NCBI GenBank assembly: GCA_963717465.1
Contig: OY970340.1
Location: forward strand, 2,400,001 to 2,464,000
DNA: 64,000 bases
Direction: 5' to 3'
From: Candidatus Bathyarchaeota archaeon
GTDB lineage: Archaea > Thermoproteota > Bathyarchaeia > Bathyarchaeales > Bathycorpusculaceae
Shown: piece by piece, positions 19,534-30,110 of the stretch
Position numbering within the stretch: the stretch's first letter is position 1
Layout: each line of letters begins with the position of its first letter
Notes under the pieces: model-generated
Told to the model about the DNA's origin: nothing
The model's input: the letters and a program-made list of their open reading frames with translations, nothing else
Databases searched by the model: none
Position numbers and translations under genes: made by a program

Positions 19534-20634
19534 ATGAGCATAAAGCATAAAGAATTGTCAGCTTTGTTTGAAGATCTAAAAGCCGCTGACTGCGTAGTTT
19601 GCGGTGGGTCAGGAAGGTCGCTTTACTCGTTGAACGCTGCTATGAGCCAGATTGCCTTAAGTCAGGCAGGCTGGAGAAACAAGGTTGTCATAACTCCTGA
19701 TGACCCCGGTTTTCCAGGCAAAACCATGTACGAAGCAGCCGCTGACTTTGAAAGACGCTACAAAAAGATTCTGTTGCTTATTAATTCAGGTAGCGGTTTT
19801 TCAGATGACCCGTTAGTTATGGCTCAAGACCTGGCGACCTACATTGAAAAAAAGAAAACTGACAAGTTTTCAATGGGACTCTTAACATCCGCGTTAAGTT
19901 CACCATTAGCGGAGATAGTTAGCAAGTATGGGAATGTTGTTCAGCTTAAAGGTCGAGGGAAATCTAAACCTTCTTTTGAATACAGCGAAACAGGCATGAT
20001 GGGAGACATTTTTGAGCTTGGATCCCTTGAATTACTAAACAGCATGATAGAAGTTATTTTCAGAAACTTGGAAGCTGACGACGTTTACACGCTTTGCGCT
20101 GAAGAATTCGAGAAGATAGGAGAAATGATGGATGCAAACGTGGCTTCCGACACTTATACTAAACTTGTTGATTTGCTTGAAAAACGCACTGACGTGTTTT
20201 TAGGCGGGAAAGGAACTGCGAATCAAATTGCAAAAATGACTGGAGTAAGACTCTTCCACATTAAGAGTTTCTTGGGTGACAACGTTTTCATTACTAGGGG
20301 CGTTAACACGCCGCATCCAAGGGCAGGCGACCTGGAAATTCTTTTATCTTATTCAGGCGAGACTAAACCTGTGGTTATATGGGCTGACGTGATTAAGAAA
20401 TTCAATGGGACAGTTCTTGCAATCACAGGTTCAAAAGATTCAATTCTCGCAAAGAAAGCAGACCTAAAGATAGTTTTGGAAGAAGAAGATAGGCCGAACA
20501 CGCCGAGACGCTTCTACACTAGAGCAGCCTACGTTTTAAGCCCTTTACCTGTTAAGTTAGCTGAAAGACTTGCTCAAAGAGGACTAAGACTCCCAGAATA
20601 CATTATCAGCTGGTACCATTCAGTTACGCAATAA
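19534..20634 (+). CDS. Tandem SIS-domain sugar-phosphate isomerase-like protein (HxlB/Phi-related)
   Basis: GSGRS, INSGSG, LSYSGET and LAITGSKDSILAKKAD SIS motifs; the true start may lie upstream, behind a frameshift. Confidence 0.8.
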   Translation: MSIKHKELSALFEDLKAADCVVCGGSGRSLYSLNAAMSQIALSQAGWRNKVVITPDDPGFPGKTMYEAAADFERRYKKILLLINSGSGFSDDPLVMAQDLATYIEKKKTDKFSMGLLTSALSSPLAEIVSKYGNVVQLKGRGKSKPSFEYSETGMMGDIFELGSLELLNSMIEVIFRNLEADDVYTLCAEEFEKIGEMMDANVASDTYTKLVDLLEKRTDVFLGGKGTANQIAKMTGVRLFHIKSFLGDNVFITRGVNTPHPRAGDLEILLSYSGETKPVVIWADVIKKFNGTVLAITGSKDSILAKKADLKIVLEEEDRPNTPRRFYTRAAYVLSPLPVKLAERLAQRGLRLPEYIISWYHSVTQ

Positions 20635-22063
20635 TTCCTTTTTTGGTTTTGAGCCAAAAAGGTTTTCCATCGATAAAGCTGCTAAGGAATTCAGTGAACT
20701 CTTTATTCTCTTGGTAAACTTGGCTGATTTCATTGTTTACCACAACTTGAAGTTTTTCTTTGAATGCTTTTTCAACTATTGAGGCTACGCCTGAGTTTTT
20801 GCCGCCGTCAGAAAGTTTTTCTTTTAGAAGTTCAATAACATCAGGATTTTTTCGTTGTAACTCTACCACCCACCTGTTTTGTTCAATATAGGGCCCAGAA
20901 ATCACGTTCGCGTTTTCCTGGTATTTGGATAGAAAGTTTTCGCATTCTTTTTCTCTTTCAAGTTGTGGTCCTAAATGCTTTTTTATATTTGGCAATATTT
21001 GTTGTTCAACTTCAAAAAAGAATATGCTCAGATTTTTTTCGTTGCTCCAAACAGCATCGTTAAGCACTTTATGGCCATTGAGTTCGATTAATTTGTGAAG
21101 AGCTTTTTTTGTTTTGTACAGTTGACCCCATAAAATGTCAGGAACAAACTCAGAATGATGAACAATGATAAAGACGAGAGATGATCCGCGTTTTTCAATT
21201 TTACTCTTTAATTCCTGAATGCTTAAAGCATGAGGTTTCTTTGGGTAAAAGAATTCAGCCGTGGGTTCTTGCAGGAAAGCTCTTGCTGCTCCAATCAGCG
21301 TGTAGAGTTTTTCTGGTCTCACGGCAGAAGCAACGTTTCTTGCTTTATCAACGGGGTCAACGATGACTAATGGTTCTGGAAAAAGAAGTGATAACTCCTT
21401 TTCCCTTTTGGCATAGTGTTGTTCGATGTCGATGACTGTGCGTTGGGAGTATTTTGCAAAAGAGCACAAAGTCTCAAAAAAGGACCCATGCGCCAGTACC
21501 AGAAGTTCGCAGAGGTAGCCGCTGAAGCCACCGATTTTTATTTCAGCGCCGTAAACTTTGATGCCCTTCATGAATTTTTTTAGGAGACGAACTTCATTGC
21601 GCAAATTCTTGTTTAACTTATCTTTGACGTAATCGGTGTGATAGGGTGTTCTATCAGTTGCGCTTTGCCACTCTCCGCGTTTCGTGTTGTAACATGGAAC
21701 AATATGCACTCTGTAACCGTCCACAAAGGCCTCAAGGTAGGGATGCTCAGCAAACCGCTCAACCTGCTTTAAGCCCACTGTAGCTTTTCTAGCGATTTTT
21801 AAACCAACATCGCCAAGATTCTTTCTTGGAATTGAAGTTGGCAACCGCACAAAAATGTCGACGTCAGGGTCTTCTCTAAGCCAAGTGTCTTTAGCAATAG
21901 AACCTTCAACCCGCACAATCGCCTCAACATTTTCTTCCCCGCAAACCGAGCCAATCTTCGTTTCTAAGTCGTTGACTATGGCGTCAATCTTTGCCCTATC
22001 CTCTTTTTTCGGCAAAATTTTTTCAAGAATAGCTTTTGAAACCGCGTTTACTTGGTTTTCCAT
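20624..22063 (-). CDS. cca: Archaeal (class I) CCA-adding tRNA nucleotidyltransferase
   Basis: GSIAKDTWL..DVDIF, AEHPY, DRTPYHT, GFSGYLCELL, DPVD. Confidence 0.95.
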   Translation of the reverse strand: MENQVNAVSKAILEKILPKKEDRAKIDAIVNDLETKIGSVCGEENVEAIVRVEGSIAKDTWLREDPDVDIFVRLPTSIPRKNLGDVGLKIARKATVGLKQVERFAEHPYLEAFVDGYRVHIVPCYNTKRGEWQSATDRTPYHTDYVKDKLNKNLRNEVRLLKKFMKGIKVYGAEIKIGGFSGYLCELLVLAHGSFFETLCSFAKYSQRTVIDIEQHYAKREKELSLLFPEPLVIVDPVDKARNVASAVRPEKLYTLIGAARAFLQEPTAEFFYPKKPHALSIQELKSKIEKRGSSLVFIIVHHSEFVPDILWGQLYKTKKALHKLIELNGHKVLNDAVWSNEKNLSIFFFEVEQQILPNIKKHLGPQLEREKECENFLSKYQENANVISGPYIEQNRWVVELQRKNPDVIELLKEKLSDGGKNSGVASIVEKAFKEKLQVVVNNEISQVYQENKEFTEFLSSFIDGKPFWLKTKKGIIA

Positions 22064-22080
22064 AGTAATCAGTTTCTTCT

Positions 22081-22647
22081 CTATTGAGGGCAGAATTCTT
22101 TAAGGGTTGAATAACTAGGCCCGTGTGGTGATAAGTCGCTTCTTTTCAGTCGAAGACAATCAGCATGTACAATACCAAATTCATAGTCCTTTTTTTTATT
22201 TACAAGTTCAGCAAGCTGAGCTTTGTTTGCTCCTGATTTTATCCTGGCAATTGTCAAGTGCGGGCTGAAACCATAACGATCAGGCTCAAAACCCAAGGCT
22301 TGTATCTTAGGTTCTAGCTGGCTAAAGATGCTTGTCAGTTGTTCAGCACCTTGCATCATTCCAGCCCAAACAACTCTTGGATAATTCATGCTTGGAAAGA
22401 CACCTAAACCCTTAATCTGGACAGGAAATGGCGAAAATTTAATTTGCTTCATAGCTTCAAAAATTTTTTCAGCCATATTTTGGCTGATGTCACCAAAAAA
22501 GCGAAGAGTAATGTGAATATTTTGGGGTGACACAAGTTTTAGGTCTGCGCCAGTTTGGATTAATAGTTTTTGCACTGCTGCTAACCTGTCTAGAATTGTG
22601 TCGTCTTGCATGTCGAAAGCTAAGAAGCTTCTTATGGACTCAGACAT
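22081..22647 (-). CDS. thpR: RNA 2',3'-cyclic phosphodiesterase (2H family)
   Basis: HITL and HLTI 2H motifs; adjacent to cca as is usual in archaea. Confidence 0.95.
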   Translation of the reverse strand: MSESIRSFLAFDMQDDTILDRLAAVQKLLIQTGADLKLVSPQNIHITLRFFGDISQNMAEKIFEAMKQIKFSPFPVQIKGLGVFPSMNYPRVVWAGMMQGAEQLTSIFSQLEPKIQALGFEPDRYGFSPHLTIARIKSGANKAQLAELVNKKKDYEFGIVHADCLRLKRSDLSPHGPSYSTLKEFCPQ

Positions 22648-22906
22648 TGAATTTCCTTCAAATTAGTTTTAACACATAACACTCATAAATGCTTATTCGC
22701 AGGGCTCGGGTGATGTCTCCCACGCCAATCCTTCTTATTCTTTTTCTGTGTTTTTAGCATGTTTCTTGTGTGTCAGAGCTTTTTTGTTAAGCTACCAATC
22801 TACTGGAGATGTTAAAGAAGGTTAAATCAAATCTTAATTCACTGTGCATATTGTTGAGCAACAAGCCACATATTAGGGATTATTAATAGATGCAATCAAA
22901 GCGGAT

Positions 22907-24409
22907 TTGATAAAAATGACAGTTGAGGCTCAAGAAAACAAAGGCTCAGAACACGAAGAGCAGTTGGATCAACTTGAACAAGAAATCAAGAAGCTTCGAA
23001 CTCAGAACCGAGAAATATTAAAAATATATGTGAAAAAGCTTGAAGAAGCTATTCAAATTGTTGAAAAAACAGTCAAAACCACTGATGATACCATTAACTC
23101 TGCTAACAAGATTAATCAAGATATCATGACACATGCTGAGACGACTGTTGTAACTGCCGAACGTGCAATAGAAGCTTCAAATATAATTGGCAACGTTGCA
23201 ACTTCCGCAAAGGAAGCTGGCAACTATGTACAAAAAGTCTTGATAAGTGCAGAAGATGTTGCCAAAGCTGGCATCAGCGTTCAGGATATGGGCAAACAAG
23301 TGGAAAAAACATCCAACATGATGTCTCTTGGCATGCAACAGGTCAGCACTGCATCACAACAAGTATCTACTGGGGCACAAAAGTTAGCTGAACTCTCACA
23401 AGAAGCAGCAAAAAGCACAGAATCCCTAAAGAAAGTCATGGACGAAGCAGGCAACATAGCAAAGGAAGCATCCGCCGTAACAGAAGAGGCTCTAAACAAA
23501 TCTAAACACGCCAACGAAAAAGGACAACAGGGGTTACATGCAATTGAGGATATTAAAACAAACATTACAAAGGTTTCTGACGCCGTCGTGTCAATGGTCA
23601 ATTCCGTAGAGCAGGTAGGGCAAATAACAAATTCAGTCTCAGAAATAGCTAGCCAAACAAACATGCTAGCCCTGAACGCTGCAATCGAGGCCGCAAGAGC
23701 AGGCGAGGCAGGAAGAGGATTCGCAGTTGTCGCTGACGCCGTTAAAGGCTTAGCAGGCCAATCAAAAGTGGCCGCCGGCTCAGCAATTACTCTAGTAAAA
23801 GGAATAAAAGACGCAGGAACCAAAACAAACACTATTGCAACGCAATCACAAGCAAACGCAGCAGAAGGAACAAACGTGGTTCTAGGCGCAATTAAGGAAG
23901 CTGAAGGCATTGCCAAAATAATGGAGACAATGACAAGTAAGGTGAATACCTTAACGAACGGCGTTGACCGAGGTCTCAACTCATTAGATAATGTTGTTAG
24001 AACAATCAGCGAGGTAGCCAGCATCGCCGAAGAAAGTTCTTCCGCTTCTGAAGAAGTCTCTGCTACCGTCGAGGAGCAGACATCAGGCGCAAAGGAGCTG
24101 GAAAAAATCGCTAAACAAGTTGCAGTTATCGCGAAAAACGTTGAGAAATTAACCGCGGATGTTGTTAACGACGCTAAGGAAGCATCTAAAATATCAGTCA
24201 ATATTGGAAATGACGCCACAAACGTCGAGAAAAAAGCCGAAGAAATTAAAGCATCTGTTGAAAAAACAAGTGAAATCGATTTAGCTCTTACAACACAAAC
24301 TAGCGAAATAATTGAGAATAATAAAAAATCTAAAGCAGAACTTCAAACTCTAATTGAACAATGCAAGGCAGCAATAGCGGACTTAAGAAGCGCTGAAACA
24401 AGTTCATAA
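22907..24409 (+). CDS. Soluble methyl-accepting chemotaxis protein (MCP-2)
   Basis: MCP hairpin-tip motif; no TM segment. Confidence 0.95.
   Translation: MIKMTVEAQENKGSEHEEQLDQLEQEIKKLRTQNREILKIYVKKLEEAIQIVEKTVKTTDDTINSANKINQDIMTHAETTVVTAERAIEASNIIGNVATSAKEAGNYVQKVLISAEDVAKAGISVQDMGKQVEKTSNMMSLGMQQVSTASQQVSTGAQKLAELSQEAAKSTESLKKVMDEAGNIAKEASAVTEEALNKSKHANEKGQQGLHAIEDIKTNITKVSDAVVSMVNSVEQVGQITNSVSEIASQTNMLALNAAIEAARAGEAGRGFAVVADAVKGLAGQSKVAAGSAITLVKGIKDAGTKTNTIATQSQANAAEGTNVVLGAIKEAEGIAKIMETMTSKVNTLTNGVDRGLNSLDNVVRTISEVASIAEESSSASEEVSATVEEQTSGAKELEKIAKQVAVIAKNVEKLTADVVNDAKEASKISVNIGNDATNVEKKAEEIKASVEKTSEIDLALTTQTSEIIENNKKSKAELQTLIEQCKAAIADLRSAETSS
23378..23940 (+). repeat. 563-bp repeat, inverted copy of 16313-16875
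   Basis: Direct comparison with the MCP-1 core. Confidence 0.9.
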
Positions 24410-24604
24410 AAACCCGCAACTGACTAAGCAATTTAAAAAGAATAACCTGGAAATTCAACACCTCAACAGACAGATCATAGCCGACTCAAGAGTTTGAAAA
24501 AGCGGTTTCAAACGACAGTTAATTAAGCGCTAATCAACAGTAAACGCGCACCTATGTGAAGCCTCTATTTAATTCTTCCTCCAACCTTTCCTTTTATTGT
24601 ATCC

Positions 24605-25028
24605 TCCATGTCTATTCCTCCTTACTAGTCGGAATTAAGGCACAAGCCTATTCGACCACATCAAAGGGTCAATAGGGCGTCGCATCCAGGCGCCCATCAA
24701 TCATGCGGACGTCCACTTTAAGGAACAGCGGCTAGCGAGGAGAAATCCTATGCCTGATCATAATACGGCCGCTTATTCTTCAACACCGAATAACAAATCA
24801 ACAACAGATGAGCAGCCACATTCAAACCAACTCTTTTTCCTTTCTTTTCACCAATCGATGATACAGTCGAGTTACTCCCGAATCAAGACTGCGGACATGC
24901 CTCTGAGCAGCCTGAACCATCACCCACCGCAACCAACGACTACCCTCCTTGACAATGCCACCACGCCTAACCCTCCCTGTAAACACACATAATAACGCTA
25001 AATCAAGAAAGCATAAGATACTTTGCAA
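24605..25028 (-). mobile_element. IS110/IS1111-family remnant: C-terminal transposase fragment plus downstream non-coding end
   Basis: RRGGIVKEGSRWLRWVMVQAA...RLYHRL is typical of the IS110 C-terminal domain; structured non-coding DNA follows. Confidence 0.75.
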
Positions 25029-25043
25029 ACTAACTTAGGAACA

Positions 25044-25172
25044 GAGACTGTGTGAAAACTATTTTTGCTTTGAAAAGTTGCATTGTTTGTCTGAAAAATT
25101 AAGTGTGCGCTGGTATTTTTAAAAATGAAGGACGCAATTTTCAGAAATAATTTCAACTTTTCACACAGTCTC
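25044..25172. mobile_element. 129-bp MITE (TIR resembles IS1182 family)
   Basis: Perfect 15-bp TIRs GAGACTGTGTGAAAA (25044-25058) / TTTTCACACAGTCTC (25158-25172); 4-bp direct repeat AACA on both flanks. Confidence 0.85.
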
Positions 25173-25192
25173 AACAGCCATGTGCGCGTTGT

Positions 25193-25814
25193 TTAGTAGT
25201 GTCCTGCCAAGTCCCTTTCTATGCCTTTTCCCGCTTCGTATCTTAGAAATCGCTTTAATCTCTTATGTTTATCCTTCGGCTTTTCTTTTTCTGGGAGAGG
25301 CGTTCCGCATACACTGCAGAACTTTGCTATTTCATGGTTTTGCGTTCCGCACTTAGAGCATACATTCACCGTTGCATACTTCTCTTGTTTAGGTTTCTTG
25401 ATGTAGATTCGGCTTACTGCTCCCCCGACTGCACCTAAAATCAATGAAGCTACGCTTCCAACCAAAAACATTACTCCAACCATAATTAAGGCTAAGACAA
25501 ACATGATCTGTGAGAGCGAAGACGACAGCGCATAGAGGGTTACGGTTGCTGGGTTAATTGGGTACCCATCTAAGTTTGCTGAGGACAAGTGTACTCCAGC
25601 TAGTGAAATCAAGGTTAGGATGACTGAGGGGATTATGAAGGTTAACCAACCGTTTTTTGCTCCTGTCTTTGCGCTTCCAGCTGTAAGGGCCGAGATTAGG
25701 GGAGAAAAGAGCTAGGTAATACATGGGTAGTTGCAAGGCGTAGATCAGGACTCCGGAGACTAAACCTATAATTACGCCTATGATTGTTGGATGTTTCATT
25801 TTCTTGTTTTTCAC
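25193..25814 (-). pseudogene. Membrane protein with C-terminal zinc ribbon, split by a frameshift
   Basis: ORFs 25554-25814 and 25193-25612 overlap; CSKC...CSVC. Confidence 0.6.
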
Positions 25815-26412
25815 CTAGATTCCATGAAACTTGACGTAAAAGTCCATCCTTTAAAGAACTTAATAGATAATAGAAACTATTTTTGATTTAATTCTTATGA
25901 ATAGAGAATAAATATTATAAGGCTATTAATTACGAAAGATTAACGAACTAATTTGTCTATGAGCAAACGGCTGCATAGATTTTACGATTGTACCTGCACA
26001 CCGACCATAGTAGAGTTAACTTCGTAGTTTATTTTCGTTTGAAAAACAGTTATTTTGTAAACAGCAACTTCTCAAATAGCTTCGTCGCTAAGAAGCATTT
26101 CCTTGATAACATCTATCTTTGATTCTTTTACATCATCGCTCAAGAGTTGCAACCCATAGCCAATTGACAAATTAGACATAAACGCGCGTTCTTCTCTTTT
26201 TCTTTGTGTTGTGAGTCGTATCGTGTTGTTGTTTCGCGTTCTGTAGTGGGCCAGCGCCTTATTACTCTATCAACATGGAATGTTTGGACGCAAATTGATA
26301 AGTCAACGTGAATCAGAAAAAGCTCAGTGCCTCTCGACTGAAATCTTGCTTAGTAAACGAAAACCTGAACACATAAATCTTTTAAGCAAATCTGATATAT
26401 GAACGAAAAATA

Positions 26413-26988
26413 GTGTGCAGTATGAATGTCGACAAGGTTGTTATTGGCTTAGCTGGAATGCCTGGTGCAGGAAAATCTTTAATTGTTGATGCGGCACGCG
26501 AGTTAGGCTTTGCAATTGTAGTTATGGGTGATGTGATTAGGGAGGAAACATTGAAAAATGGGTTGGAATTGACTCCGGAGAATGTTGGAAAAGTTATGCT
26601 TGAGCTTAGAAAGAAAGGTGGAAACGCTATAGTTGCGGAGAAAAGCATTCCAAAAATTGAAGAGCAAACAAGCAGCAAGGTGCTGGTGGATGGTTTAAGA
26701 AGCCTCTTTGAGGTTGAAGCGTTCAAGGCGCATTTTCCAAGGTTCATAACTATTGCTGTTCATGCTTCACAGAAAACTCGGTTTGATCGCTTGAGAAATC
26801 GTAGCAGAAGCGATGATTCGAATGCTTGGGAAGTTTTTCATGAACGGGATATGCGTGAGCTAAGCGTTGGCTTGGGAAATGTTATAGCAATGGCTGAATA
26901 CATAATAATGAACGATAACAGCGCAGAACAGTGTAGAAGCGTTGCTGTGGATTTACTGCGAGGGATTGAAGAAAAATGGATGATGTAA
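26413..26988 (+). CDS. UPF0200 P-loop nucleotide kinase (dephospho-CoA kinase-like fold)
   Basis: GMPGAGKS Walker A, MGDVIRE, DGLRS. Confidence 0.9.
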   Translation: MCSMNVDKVVIGLAGMPGAGKSLIVDAARELGFAIVVMGDVIREETLKNGLELTPENVGKVMLELRKKGGNAIVAEKSIPKIEEQTSSKVLVDGLRSLFEVEAFKAHFPRFITIAVHASQKTRFDRLRNRSRSDDSNAWEVFHERDMRELSVGLGNVIAMAEYIIMNDNSAEQCRSVAVDLLRGIEEKWMM

Positions 26989-27377
26989 TTATTCGTGTTG
27001 AAACTGAAATAAACCCGACTGAAAGCGAGGAAAAAGTGAAGACGGCAATAACCAACTTTTTAGCCAACACGTCAATGTCAACCAAACCAGCTCATAGGGG
27101 AAGCATTTTGCTTGCTGAAGCTAAAGGGCAAGATTCGCTGGTTAAGCTTCGGAACCTGCTGAGAAATGATCGGATTCGTGATGCTGCAAGAAAATTGCTG
27201 TTAAAGTCAATTCGTGGGAACACCATTAGTTTTTGCTTGAATAAGCAGGTTGCTTTTGCTGGTCATGTTTCTTTTTCTGAGGAAACCGCTGAGTCTCCTT
27301 TAGGTCCCTTAAGAGTGACTATTGAAACAAATAATCCAAGTCAGCTTGTTGAGTGGCTGGCTGAGAAGACTGTTTAG
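26976..27377 (+). CDS. UPF0201/DUF54 putative RNA-binding protein
   Basis: INPTESEEKVKTAI, IRDAAR, LNKQVAFAG. Confidence 0.9.
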   Translation: MDDVIIRVETEINPTESEEKVKTAITNFLANTSMSTKPAHRGSILLAEAKGQDSLVKLRNLLRNDRIRDAARKLLLKSIRGNTISFCLNKQVAFAGHVSFSEETAESPLGPLRVTIETNNPSQLVEWLAEKTV

Positions 27378-27393
27378 TGGATAAGGATAAAGT

Positions 27394-28416
27394 TTGCCTG
27401 CTAAAGCCTCGATAACAAAGAAAGGCGCCGTGTTGCTGGGCGATTATGTTGCTTGCGACGCTTATGATGCGACTAGACCGCTAAGGGTTGTTACGCATGC
27501 GCATGCTGATCATCTTGGCGGGTTGCGGACAAGTTTGAAGAGTTGCGAGAAAGTTTTGATGACTAAGGCAACAAGAGACTTATCCGAAGTACTTGATGGG
27601 GCGCTTAAATCGAGGCTAAAGTCGGTTGAAGCATTGGATTATGGTAAGGCAGTCAGGTTTGGCGAAGAAAGAATTACTTTGGTTAAGGCTGACCATATTT
27701 TAGGTGCTGCTCAAGTTCTAGTTGAAGATGCAAGTGGAACCCGAATTGCGTACAGTGGCGATTTTAGAATTGATGATACGCCAGTTGTGGAATGTGACGT
27801 TCTGGTGGTTGAATCCACTTATGGAAGTCCTTCATGCAGGCGCTCATTCAACGTGGATGTAAGAGAACTCCTCGTATCTATGATTGAAAAACAATTAAGG
27901 TATGGATCAGTCTACGTTTTTGGGTATCATGGTAAACTTCAAGAAGTAATGCAAATTCTCACCAAAGCACACGTTTCAGTCCCCTTTGTTATGCCGGAGC
28001 ATGTCTTTGAAGTCTCCAAGGTTTGCGAGCGCTATGGGATGCAGCTTGGCGGTTGCTTAACAAGGTCCACGGATAAGGAAGGTCGTGAACTTTTAGATGA
28101 CAATTTACCATGCGTTGCGTTTTACCACATGAACTCGCATAGTCAAGTTGGCTTGAGAAACGCGCGGATTACTGTTAGCGGTTGGGAGTTCCATTCGCCA
28201 TGTAGACAAGTTGGAGCTCGAGAGCACTTAGTTGCTTTGAGTGATCATTCGGATTTTGACGGCTTAATTGAGTATGTTAAGCGTTCAAAAGCAAAACTTG
28301 TTGTTACGGACAATTACCGAGTCAGCTACGGCGAAGTGTTAGCTAAGGAAATTAGAAAACGCTTAAAAGTTTCTGCTTTTGCTATGCCGACGACTAAGGG
28401 GCAAACTACTCTTTAA
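27394..28416 (+). CDS. MBL-fold (beta-CASP-like) nuclease
   Basis: THAHADH, HILGAAQ, YSGDF, ESTYG, LSDHSDF. Confidence 0.9.
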   Translation: MPAKASITKKGAVLLGDYVACDAYDATRPLRVVTHAHADHLGGLRTSLKSCEKVLMTKATRDLSEVLDGALKSRLKSVEALDYGKAVRFGEERITLVKADHILGAAQVLVEDASGTRIAYSGDFRIDDTPVVECDVLVVESTYGSPSCRRSFNVDVRELLVSMIEKQLRYGSVYVFGYHGKLQEVMQILTKAHVSVPFVMPEHVFEVSKVCERYGMQLGGCLTRSTDKEGRELLDDNLPCVAFYHMNSHSQVGLRNARITVSGWEFHSPCRQVGAREHLVALSDHSDFDGLIEYVKRSKAKLVVTDNYRVSYGEVLAKEIRKRLKVSAFAMPTTKGQTTL

Positions 28417-28474
28417 GCACTCGATGTTGAAAGTTTAAAAGCGAAAAACCATAATTTTTACAGCGGAGGATAAT

Positions 28475-29746
28475 GTGACAGCCAAATCGTCTTTAATTGC
28501 TGGTTTCTACAAGTTGCCGCTAAAGGAGCGTTTAGAGATAGTTAAAGAGTTTGCAGGCTTAAGCGATGAAGAATGCCGTTTACTGCAGGATACGGGTTCT
28601 TTGCCTTTGGATTTGGCTGATCACATGGTTGAAAACGTGATCGGTGCTTTCCCTGAGCCTTTGGGTTTAGGAGTTAATTTTCAAATTAACAATCGTGACT
28701 ATTTGATTCCGATGGCTACAGAAGAGCCAAGCGTTATCGCTGCAGCCAGCTACGCCGCGAAGATGGTTCGTGACGGAGGAGGATTCCACACAAGCAGCAC
28801 TATGCCTATTATGATCGGGCAAATCCAAGTTGTAAAACTAAAAGATGCCCAATCCGCTAAAAAACAGGTTTTAAAAACCAAAGCCGAGGTTTTGAAGAAA
28901 GCAAATGATCAGGATCCGGTTTTGGTTTCTGCTGGTGGCGGAGCTAAAGATTTGGACGCAAAAATAATCGACACCTCAATGGGGCAAATGTTGATTGTTG
29001 AATTATCCGTGGATTGTCGCGATGCGATGGGTGCTAATGCCGTGAACACTATGGCTGAAGCCGTTGCGCCGATGATTGAAGAGATTACTGGTGGACAGGT
29101 TTACTTGCGGATTTTATCCAATTTAGCTGCGAAACGGTTGGCTAAAGCGTGGTGTACAGTGCCTAAAGAAGCACTTGGCGGAGAAGAAGTAGTTGAAGGA
29201 ATAGTTTACGCGTCAGCTTTTGCAGCGGCTGATCCGTTTCGTGCGGCAACTCATAACAAGGGAGCGTTAAACGGAATATCAGCGGTTGTTCTTGCTACAG
29301 GCAATGATTATCGGGCAATAGAAGCTGGAGCCCACGCTTACGCAGCATTAAAAGGACAATACACCAGCTTATCAAAATGGGAAAAAAACCAAAAAGGCGA
29401 CCTAACAGGAGTTATCGAGTTGCCCATGGCTGTAGGCTTAGTTGGCGGTGCCGTGCGAACTCATCCGATAGCAAAAATCGCAGTGAAGATTTTGGGTGTA
29501 AAGTCAGCCAACGAATTCGGCGAAGTTTTAGCTGCAGTTGGTTTAGCTCAAAATTTAGCGGCGCTGCGTGCACTTGTTCATGAGGGAATTCAGCGGGGTC
29601 ACATGTCTTTGCATGCAAGAAACATCGCCATAAATGCAGGCGCAAAAGATGACTTGATTGACCAAGTCGCTGAACAAATGATAAGGGAACACAAAGTACG
29701 TGTAGACAGAGCGAAAGAAATTCTGGAAGAATTAACGAGAAAATAA
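28475..29746 (+). CDS. mvaA: Class II HMG-CoA reductase
   Basis: ENVIG, EEPSVIAA, DAMGAN, THNKG, GIQRGHMSLH. Confidence 0.95.
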   Translation: MTAKSSLIAGFYKLPLKERLEIVKEFAGLSDEECRLLQDTGSLPLDLADHMVENVIGAFPEPLGLGVNFQINNRDYLIPMATEEPSVIAAASYAAKMVRDGGGFHTSSTMPIMIGQIQVVKLKDAQSAKKQVLKTKAEVLKKANDQDPVLVSAGGGAKDLDAKIIDTSMGQMLIVELSVDCRDAMGANAVNTMAEAVAPMIEEITGGQVYLRILSNLAAKRLAKAWCTVPKEALGGEEVVEGIVYASAFAAADPFRAATHNKGALNGISAVVLATGNDYRAIEAGAHAYAALKGQYTSLSKWEKNQKGDLTGVIELPMAVGLVGGAVRTHPIAKIAVKILGVKSANEFGEVLAAVGLAQNLAALRALVHEGIQRGHMSLHARNIAINAGAKDDLIDQVAEQMIREHKVRVDRAKEILEELTRK

Positions 29747-29882
29747 GCAAATATTATCTTGCCCAAAGTGCATTGCTCATATTAGTCCTATTAATTAAAT
29801 AGGAATTTTTTTGGTGCCAACTGAGCTGCGAACATAGGGAATTATGGTAATAGTTATATAGTTATATCGTTGCAGTTTATGC

Positions 29883-30110
29883 ATGAGCAAATATGCAACT
29901 ATATCTGTTCCGGTTGAAGTGAAAGAAAAGCTGGAAAAAGCCAAGGGTAACAAAGAATGGGGTGAATTCTTGCTTGAGTTGTATACTGAGAGAAAACTGC
30001 TCAAGAGCAAGAAATCCTTCGATGAATTAGCAAATCTCCTCACCGACAAAGAGCTAAAATTGATGATTGAATCAAGCGAAGAGTTCAGGGAGAAGTTCAG
30101 CTTCGCATGA
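29883..30110 (+). CDS. vapB: VapB-type antitoxin
   Basis: YATISVPVEVKEKLEKAKG; overlaps the PIN gene by 4 nt. Confidence 0.8.
   Translation: MSKYATISVPVEVKEKLEKAKGNKEWGEFLLELYTERKLLKSKKSFDELANLLTDKELKLMIESSEEFREKFSFA

Noticed and set aside
16022..24219. Long antisense ORFs 16022-17029 and 23281-24219
   Set aside because: Shadows of the MCP genes; their mutual similarity comes from the shared repeat.
15210..24598. GTGAAGCCTC...TTTCCTTTTATT seen at ~15211 and ~24556
   Set aside because: Short matches with different spacing; significance unsupported.
28475..29746. Bacterial-type class II HMG-CoA reductase in an archaeon as a novelty
   Set aside because: Already known in several archaeal lineages.
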